In this document: positions 54,386 through 64,000 of the stretch, in pieces
How positions within the stretch are numbered: the stretch's first letter is position 1
Layout of the letters: the number at the start of each line of letters is the position of its first letter
Assembly (NCBI RefSeq): GCF_000181795.1
Contig: NW_003526943.1
Span: forward strand, 1,917,647 to 1,981,646
Direction of reading: 5' to 3'
Origin: Trichinella spiralis
Lineage: Eukaryota
DNA length: 64,000 nucleotides
Program-made: the position numbers and the translations under genes
Notes under the pieces: model-generated
Seen by the model: only the letters and a program-made list of their open reading frames with translations
What the model was told of the DNA's origin: nothing
Databases searched by the model: none

Positions 54386-54645
54386 GGCCTTGTTGGAGTC
54401 GGCTGTTCCGCGTACACATACATACACACGTACGCTAGCATATAAGCACACTGATACTTTCAATTTTGTTTTTTCTCATTTCATATTTTATTCAGCTTTT
54501 TCTAAGCTGTTGCCAATATTGTCATTATTATTACTATTATTATTTATTAATTTTCCCGTTTGCCACCTTGCAATTTTTACAACCGTAGCAGGTTTTGGCC
54601 TGCCGTTTGCTCATTTTAAGCCGCTTCTTCAAGAATCATTGAAGC

Positions 54646-57600
54646 ATGAAATCGTCGTTGCCGTTGTTCGTCTATCTTTTATCCGGTAAGCGTTTTTCTT
54701 GTTCAACTTTTTCCAACAACCGACCCTAGCTCAGCTTTTAATGGGCCATTAAGCAGAGCGCTTAAGCTCAAAAGAAGCACTTTTGCTGTTCTACTTTTTT
54801 TCATATTCATTTTGCAATTGTTTCGCTTTTTCACTGGCCATTTTCGATCCAGCTGCTCGGGCACTTATCCGCACATCGGCCGGCCGGGCTCATCTCCTCC
54901 TGTCAACAGCAGATGCGCGACCGACGGCCGGTCAAGGTTGGATATTTGCCAATCGACCGTAATCCGTTGGCTTGTTTGATAGTCGGCCGTGAGCAAACAC
55001 AGCGAGCGCTTTTGGCTAATTCTCTCTCTCTCTCTCGGGCTTGGGCGTTGTCAATTCAGTCCTGCGTGGGCGGGCTTTTGTCTCCTCCCTAAGCCTTCTG
55101 AGAAGAGGTGGTGGAATAATAACATGACAAAAAAAAGAAAAAAAATACACGCGATTGTTCGGGTCAAGCGCTTTTTTTCCCAACATTCTTTTTGTTTTGC
55201 TTTCTATGCATATATATATATGTACTGCACATCCGTCCATGCTCTTTCTTCTGTCAGCGATGTTCTGAATGGAAAGCTTAATAAAATCCACATTCGAATC
55301 GATCCGCCCCCATCTGACCAATTGAATAATAATCCACTAGCTTGGTTGCTTTTTGTGTACGGTTGGTTATGAAATTATCCCACTCCATGACCGGCGGGGT
55401 TCATTCGGATCGACCGGCGGCTTATCCGACGTTGCAACTTGAACAGATCGATAATTTCTCGCCTAATGGTCACTTCCGCTGACCATCGGTCGGCTGGATA
55501 TTTCAACTTGAGCACTGACTGCAACGTCGTCCCTGAGGTGTCGTTGGATGGGCACGATCGGGTCAGCAGGAGGTGGACATGAGTGTCCATTTTCCGCACG
55601 CTTGTTGTCGACTCTTGTTGGCGTTGGAGTGGAAAATGTCCATATGAAATATGAAAATAGCCCCTTTTCCATTACGATTCACTGAATCACCTTTTGTACA
55701 AACACAAACTGACAGATCAGCATCGATTCTTTTTTTTCTCTTTTGGATCATAAGCTCTGATACATTACTTGTGGCACATGGTCTGCCATTATATTTCAGT
55801 TTTCAAAAGGTCATATTTCAACAGGGCTCATTTGTTGGAAAAGGGTCATAAAAATCTTTCACATTTATTTTTCTCTTTGTGTGTTTGCTTTTTCTCTCTT
55901 CAACTTTTTAAATTGTTCGCATGTTGTAAGCATATATTATTTTGCTAGTGTGAAAAATAGATATTGTTTTTCATTCAATTTCAATCAAATTTGAACCAAA
56001 CAACACAATAGTATCATATTTTTATGACAGTTATGGATTAATTTTGAATTTAATTGGAAATTTCAATTAATTTTTTTCCATTTGCATTGTGAAAGTTTTC
56101 AAATTTAAACGAAACAAATTTTTCTTCATCCAAGAAAAAGCAACTGATGACGTAACTTGGAGATGGCAAAAAAAAAGTTGTGCACTCGTTGAACGTTTGT
56201 AAAATATATACTTACTACTTCTTCAGCTAATAATTTGCTTTCAATGATTCAAAGTTGATCTTGAACAATGGTGCTTGGTGCATTTGTCATGCATTTGAAA
56301 AAAAACAAATATACCAAGTACAATATTTCCATTTTTACAAAGAAGTGAAGCAACTCTCAACAGCTCAAGATACAAGAGTTTAAACTGGGGGGATTTTCTA
56401 TTGTTCAGCTTAAAGGTAGCTTATTTGTTTTTTTATGTTAGCCGGTAAGCGAAACAACAGGTTGGCTATTGCAGATGATGCTGTTGTTTACGTTCGCTTT
56501 CTTCACTAATTGTTTTCGACATCTGTTTGTTGTCGTATTTTCTCGTTTTGAAAATTGGGATGTTTTTTTTCGTTCGCTTTCTCCCATTCCATTCAAACCC
56601 TCCTGCACGCGCATCTGTTTTCATTTAAAACGTTCGCTTTCCGGATATTGTGATTTCGTCGTTTCCAAAAATATGCTCGAGCATAAGCATTAAAATTATT
56701 TTTTTCCCCTCACGCTCTAAGCCATGCTAATTGGTGTTTTGAGAAAATAACGAGACGAACGAGTGGACTGAAATTGCATAGAGGCGCGTTTATTACGATG
56801 CGACTTAATCGCTGTTTTTGTATCGACCTTTACTGATGAACCACCAATTTAGCCAAACTTATTGATTGTGCAATGCTTAGTCGTTGTTGTTATTGTTGTT
56901 GTTGTTGTTGTTGTTGCTGTTGTCGTCCACATCATCATCATCATCACTGGACTAGATGTAAAGCTTGTTGCTGTTTTCTGTCTGGCTTGGCTTTGTTCGT
57001 TCATCAATTCAGCTTACATGACATTAATTTTTTATTACTATAATTATCCTTTATTTATTTATTCATTTTCTTTTTTTAAATTAATTTTCAACAAGCTTTT
57101 TTTCATTTGGATAATCATATTCAAAATCTGTCTGTCTGTCTGTCATTCTTTGCATTAAAAAAATTACTTTGCAATGCAATGAACAACAAGTCCAACTATT
57201 TCTTATATACTTTAATCAAAGCAAGCAAAAGTAGATGGCAAAAATATCGACAGTTGCATTAGTGCTTGTTAATACACGGGCATATTTGAAAGTATCAGCC
57301 GGGACCTTCTTCTTAGATACTGATTAGAAATTTCAATTAAGCCTTTTCCTTTTCTATGCATAAAAAGAATATGAAATCAGAAATTCAATGTCGTATTTTT
57401 AACACAATGTTTCTCAAGGCGTGGCTAAATTCCAATCTGATCTATTTACATTCTTTTATTTTTCAAGCAGTTGCTTCATTCAAAAGTGGATTTCGTTAAT
57501 TTTTTGTTCATTTCTATCCTTATTTATTCTCTGAAACTAATAATGAAAAAAGCATTCAAAATTGATTTTTTGATAATTAATTGTTTTTATTTTAGTTTTT

Positions 57601-57986
57601 TTTTCAACATATCATGAAAGCTTTATTCGTTTATCAGCTGCATTTAAATTTTCAAAACAAGAAAATTAATACATTTACATCATCAGCATGCAGTGATATC
57701 AATAAAATTTTTACGTCGATGACAACTTTTTGGCACTTTATGTCTGTTTGAGGTTCTGTTTTGTCAGTTATCATTTTTCTAATCCATTTTAATTTCATGC
57801 TCACACTGACTATCAACCACTGTTTTACCACTTCATATGAGCTTCACCAGTCTCGTCCAACAAATGCGCATTACAATCCTGTGGGAATATTTGCAATTGT
57901 ATTTTAATTGATCCAAATTTATTCTCCCAAATGAATATACAGTTATATCTGTTCACTGGGGAATATCACTTATACAGTTAAATGTA

Positions 57987-58035
<49 letters not shown>

Positions 58036-61000
58036 ATAGATGTGCGTAAAAATATTTTTCATTGTATTTTGATTGAATGATGCACGTCAAAACTTTTCAC
58101 TGAATAAGTTTGTAACATGTTTAAGAGCATCTCACAAATATGCAATACTGAAATTTCGATGTTATCATAATAATTTGTCATACTTTGACAAATAAGAAGG
58201 CTAAAATTTTCCACTTCAAATGAAACAATTTTCAATAACGTTTGCGCACTGAAGCTTCAAAGAAACAAAGAATAAAAAAACATTATAACATGCTATTATT
58301 ATATTATTATTATTATTATTATTATTATTGTTCTTATTATATTTGTTGTTAAGGGAAAATTTTCTACTGATATAAGAAATTTGTATTTATTATATTGCCT
58401 TCGGTTAGTTATGGGTTGGAAAAATTTAATCAGCCCATTTGAAGTAATACAATTTCAACCACTCCGCGAGGAGACAATCCTATCGCCAAGAAATCCATAA
58501 ATTACATCGTCAGATTGATTCTCATTTCATCAACAACACTAATACCTGTAGTCATGTGTTTATAAAGCAGATGCGCAAATTAATTTTTCTAGCATGTTTG
58601 GTTTTTCATTTTTTGCTATTTTTAATGTTTTTTTTTTAAATCACACTTCCACAGGATATTCACACTTTGGTATGTGTTGTTTGTTTGTTGTTCGGTGGTG
58701 AAGATTGATGGGCAGGCATTTTTATTTCGTTTTATTTATTTTTTGAACAACATTTCCGACGTGGAAAGTCACAAGATTGTCAGTACGCAGCTGTCGTTTT
58801 CGCTTCACTGATTTGCGTTGGTTCTTGTGTTCGCAAAGCATATTGCCCAAACCACAATAGCCGTTTTAGCCTCAAGCCACTGGCACAAGTGAACAAATGA
58901 ATCCCGCTGTTTTCAGATTGTCCCTCTCTCCCTCTGGAGGGTTTGAAATTGTTATACTGAGCAAAAAATTGCTTTTCCCTTCTGCAATGCATTGCAGATG
59001 TGAGATTGTTCATTTTTATATGTTCCGCTCCCATTTTGAACAGTATTATTAGACATTTCGGCATTCGCTTTGCCATTTGGCATTTTACGGCGGACGGCCG
59101 GCAGGCCGGAACAATAAATATTCTCTGTCTATAGTGGACATCATTAGGCAGATGATTTCTGCAACGATTTTCAAGTGGCCGTTCATAAATCATCAAATTG
59201 TCCTCGTATCTAGATAGGCGTGTCAAACTGTTATTTTATTTCATTGTGTTGAATAGGAAACGGCGGTATTTTTCGTCAACTTCTGCGCTTGTCTTCGTCT
59301 TGTTTTCCCCCACTCATTTGCCCTTCACCTCGACTTTTCCACCGACCGACCACATTATACAATCGACAGGGCATCGAATTTCCCGCCTGGTAGGATGAGA
59401 AAAATTGTCCAGATCAAATTTCTACCGATCATCACCAACGTGCCTGGTGCTTGACAAGCATACTTGTGTATTTATGTATATATATAATAATACTTTTTAA
59501 TTCTTCTTTTTCCTTTTTTGTTCCTTTTATTCACTGAACCGCACCGCACCGCACTGCACCACAAAGCGAAAAACGTGTATTGATCAGAGATTTTCGTGTT
59601 GCAGTGCGCTCGTTTTGGTTTCATAATGATTCAGCTTATTTCTGCCCAAGCTTGCCAATTAGCCACTTTTCAATTGCGTAATTTTCTCCATTTTCCATCA
59701 CATTCACCGGTACGATACTGTGGTTCTATTTTATAGAGGAAAAAATGAACTTTACAAAATCAATTTAATGCTTTTACTTCCTGCTAACGCATCGAAATTG
59801 TAAAAAAATCAACTAGGAGATGAATGATTTAAATTATTTTTTATGCTTGTAATTTTTCGCAACTTGTACGAAACATACTCTTGAAATACACAAGTTGATC
59901 TATTTGAAATGAATAAATTCAATTCTCAAAAGCGGCTAACTAACCATCTCTAACTTTGGTGGTTTTTAATTTCACAATTGTTAATTCATGACAAAAATTT
60001 CTGTCGGGCAAAAATATCCACATCAATTGGTACGTTTGTTTGGTCACGTTCAGGTGTGTGAAGGGTCTGATTTGAATATTTGACAAGCGCTGACCAAAAA
60101 GCGGGTTGAAGAGGACATTTTGTGGCAGTTTCTATTTGCAAAACACCTCGGGTGATGGTTTTAATAATTACCTGACATTCTTTTACCATTGAACAACGAA
60201 ACTGTATGATTGACGTAAATATGAATTTTTAGTTATAATAACTGGAAATTGAATGACATTTTTGAAGAAATGAAAAATGAAAATTTCACCGGAAAAATGA
60301 GGATAACAATTGTTATATTACAATATTAATGAACATTTATATAACATTTTTTTAAAAAGTAAATTTCAAATATATTTTCAAAACACTCTATCCAATTTAT
60401 CTTCTATAATACTGTAATAATTATATTTTATTTACTGTTGCTAATGTTTTCAGTAAAAACGATAAAATATGTGTATTATTGGTTTTATTTAGATAAAAAA
60501 AGTTCCTTTAATCAGTGTTTAAATCAAATTAAAAAAAAGAATTACAAAAAAAAATCATTGCAACATCGAAGAATGATTGCAAAAGACTGTGGCTAAGTTT
60601 TTGATGCGTGTACTACCTGGCATGAAGTACGACGTCGAGAATTGTTCAGCTTTGTTTTAAATCGTGGGCGGCTCGGTTTTTTTATTTTCTCACTTCTGAA
60701 AAGCCAGACGCTTTTCAAAATCAGTTAATTTGAAATGATAATTTGCAAAAGTTAAAACAATAAAAAAATAAGCAGCAACCAACAAAACGCCGGAATTGCC
60801 GCTGGCCAGTTTGGTGTGTTTTTTTCTCAACAAGCATGTCTCAACGTATGTCGCATGCCGTTGCTATTAATCTCCTTCTTATGATGCACTTCAACTCGTT
60901 GCCATTGTTCGTATGCAACTCGTTGAGAGGGAAAAATTTACGTCTTCAGAGCATTTTGATTTTAACTATGCAAAAAGGCACTCCCAGAAAAGTAAAATAT

Positions 61001-63605
61001 GTAATTTCCGTTTTGCAAATCTGATTTCAACTGTGCTGGTGTTGATTTTTATATGAGAAAATTTTTCATTTTTTCTTTATTATTATTATTATGATTATTC
61101 ATGTCTTTCTTGGACAACAAAGCACACCCATACATGCGCATGTTGGTTAATCAATCGAGCTTATCATAGGCAAATAGTTTTTACAAGTATTGCTATTATT
61201 AAAATATCATTATGAAATTATAATTGCAAAATAAAATTGCGTCTATTTCATAATTGTTAGGAAGAAAATAAATGTGATTGAAGTTATTTAAGCAGGTTAA
61301 GATTGGCCAATTGAATAGCTGCTTTGTCGTTCAATTGAATCAATTTCAACAATAACACGCGTGCAAGTGAAATTTCTTCTGAGCGCATGGATTGAGATAA
61401 GTTGCGAAAAATACAACGCTGCAGTTGTTTGTCTCACTTGGGGGTAGCTGTAATCATGTTTACTATGCACAACGACAAACAAATGCCGAGGTCGACAAAT
61501 GTTTGTCTTGTCCGTGGCGAAAATATTCCGCTTTGTCTCGGGTCGCAAGGACAAAGCCAAGATACAAATGTTTTCCGGCTTTGCCGGTGGTGATGCCTCA
61601 GTATTTTTGTATTCACTTATAAATGAAATCGTCGTAAAGCTTTACAATAATATTTTAATGAATTTTTAAGTCAGTTTATTTTGTGACAAATTTTTCATAA
61701 ATCGAAATCTTACAACCAAATTTAAGAATTTAAATATTGAATATTGAGCAACAGTTGTTCAAAGAATAATTACAAAACGATTGCACGTATTGCTGTTTCT
61801 TAGAAACACCGTTGTTTCATTGTTATAAATCATTTCAAAGCGGCAATAATTCTATCTCAGGAAGCAATAAACAGTTGGTGTGCATTTCTTTGCTTGCACA
61901 ACTGTTGCAATTGTATCTTTTTTACACTTGAAAATGCTTTTCATGTTTGGTCATGCTGTTAACAGGTGTTGGATTGCATTCAAATATTTTAAAATAACCA
62001 TTCATGCATTGTGCATATGCTTTTGAAATTTGAAAAAACACAGAAACAGATTTCAAAATCAAGGGTAAAATAAAAAAGAGGAAAGGGCTATGACACAGTG
62101 TTATTTTTTTCTATTCGATTTAAGAATTTTCAAATTAATTAAAGTCACTTTCTATTTTTAAACTTAAAAATATGAGTATCAAACAGATTACAGTTTCGAA
62201 ATAATAAAATATGATATTTCATATAAATTCATACATTATAAAATTGCTTCAAATTATTGTCTTAAAATTAATTTAGGTTTGCAATGGGCATTTTCAGTCG
62301 AGCTGCAGTTTACAAGCGAATCCGGTCATTACAATGTACGAGAAGGAGCTAACGTGACGTTGCCTTGCTGTGCGCAAGGAATGGACGACGACACGATCAT
62401 ACTGTGGAACAAATATGATCCAGATATTATGACGGAAACGTTATTGTCGGTGAATTTTACTAAAATGGTCGAAATTCCAAAATTTATATTTAAAAATGGT
62501 TGGCCAAGATGTGTGGATATGATTTTACTTGATGTTCATTCATATGATTCTGGTGAATATGAATGTTCTTTTGCTGAATTTCCTGACCTTAAGCTCCGAC
62601 ACAGTGTCGATGTTCGAGGTTGGTGTTTTAGTAGTATTTCTTTTTTATACTATGGAGGATACTATATATATATTTATGTATTCTAGCACATCTTTTTATA
62701 AACATTGTACCGGATGTGCACGAACATATCGTGGAGGTTGGGGAACCGATAGTGCTAACGTGTTCAGCAAGCGGAAGTTCTGATGCTAAGATCATTTGGA
62801 AACGACTGGTGAGCAAATATTTATTTTATATTTTTCTTTAAATATGCATAGCTGTAAGTACATTTATGTACAGGGTGATATGAACAGTGTTGAGACTGTA
62901 TTCGATACTCCGAATCTTACTTTTCCAGTAGCTTCAGCAAGTCATGCAGGTGTATACGAATGCACCGCTTCTAGTGAAGATGAAGCACCAGTTTCAGCAG
63001 CTATTACTGTTGTTGTTCATGGTATGTCTAGTTTTCCTTCCAAAAATTGACTTTTTATTTCATTTTTTCAAAGTGATTTCATTACTAACAGAAGCATTAA
63101 TGTTCCACAACTAACTTTTCACTTTATAAGCAATTTTAACTTTCTTTCCTTTGAACTATCCCATTGCTTGCATGGATGAAAAACATTAATGAAATTGTTT
63201 TATTAATATATTTTATCAAATTCAGTTCAATTACACGTTTGATATACTTGATTGAATGTTTAACAGTAACACTATTAATAAGATTATTCATGTTTAAAAA
63301 ACAGTAATAAGAAAATTCTGAAAAATTTGGTAAATAATACGAAAATATTATTGTGGAACATTGTGAAACGCTTTTTAAGCAGTACATAAGAATAAAAAAG
63401 TAATTAAACATGTAAACTGTTATACAGGATAATACGATAAGAACATAACAACTGTGAACAATATATACTGTAATTCATTTTATAGCAGAATTAATTACAG
63501 TTCGTAAATTTTAACGTTTTTCAAAATGATTATTATTGATATGTGAATACATTTTTTTGTTAAATTAACAAATTGCTTCATTTTTAGCTCCTGAAGCTGA
63601 TCCAC
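54646..63605 (+). CDS. Ig-superfamily cell-surface/secreted protein (lachesin/IgLON/DIP-like architecture), 3' incomplete; exons 54646-54685, 62277-62618, 62687-62808, 62874-63021, 63588-63605
   Basis: Ig1: VREGANVTLPC...W...YDSGEYEC. Ig2: VEVGEPIVLTCSASG...IIWKR...HAGVYECTAS. The phase-1 exon MKSSLPLFVYLLS joins G-LQWAFS to give a complete signal peptide. Confidence 0.8.
56881..56946. repeat. Compound (GTT)n/(CAT)n microsatellite
   Basis: Direct reading. Confidence 0.9.
57985..58036. repeat. (TA)n(TG)n microsatellite
   Basis: Direct reading. Confidence 0.9.
58295..58330. repeat. (ATT)n microsatellite
   Basis: Direct reading. Confidence 0.9.
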
Positions 63606-64000
63606 GTAAGTTCCTTTATTTCGTTCATTTATGTAATAAAGAAGTTGTACTGTGTGTTGTGTTGTATAACGGGTTGTTAATTGTCGGTGCTGTCTAGTAT
63701 TTAAAATAGCAGTTAGTATTTATTGTAAAATTTATAAAAATAGCAAGCATAATTGTTGAATATGTGAATGTAGCCTGAGCAATTTGTGGTTTGAACTGTA
63801 TTTGCGAAATTTGGAAACGCTGGTTGTGTAGATTGATTGCACAAAAAAACAATGAGTGCTATTTTTTGTGGCACGTCATCATTTAAGTAAAAGCGATTTT
63901 GAATTACTACAAACTTAAAACATTAAAGTCCGCAAATTTTAAACTTTTATTTTGCTGTCCTGCATGAATAATTTGCATGCATTGTTTTCTGTTGCACATT

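Noticed and set aside
1..64000. CRISPR arrays, rRNA or prokaryotic defence/operon systems
   Set aside because: No regularly spaced repeats or rRNA motifs; the sequence is spliceosomal-intron-containing eukaryotic DNA throughout.

Overview
AT-rich, intron-dense eukaryotic DNA with many ~50-60 nt GT-AG introns and acceptor-like sites just before several start codons. It is most consistent with an early-branching (clade I, Trichinella-like) nematode; this is inferred from gene content, not a database hit. Genes, left to right: a tandem array of three GH18 chitinases with CBM14 tails (the first is partial), UTP4/cirhin-like, ALKBH2-like, a candidate 6-7 exon orphan gene missed by the ORF track, RPL38, eIF3d, CHMP7-like, a neuropeptide precursor, phosphomannomutase, G-alpha-12/13, tRNA-Asn, a divergent LC8 dynein light chain, and the 5' part of an Ig-domain cell-surface gene. 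That gene's signal-peptide exon lies ~7.6 kb upstream of its first Ig exon. Mobile DNA: a decayed two-LTR Ty3/Gypsy element, a solo LTR with a perfect 5-bp TSD, a BEL/Pao element with a nested inverted-repeat element and a ~200-bp copy of nearby DNA, and several CCAAT-rich foldback/MITE-like elements. The standout is a complete arthropod-style adipokinetic hormone (AKH/RPCH) precursor encoding pQLTFSSGW-amide. Exon boundaries were read by eye and may be off by a few bases.
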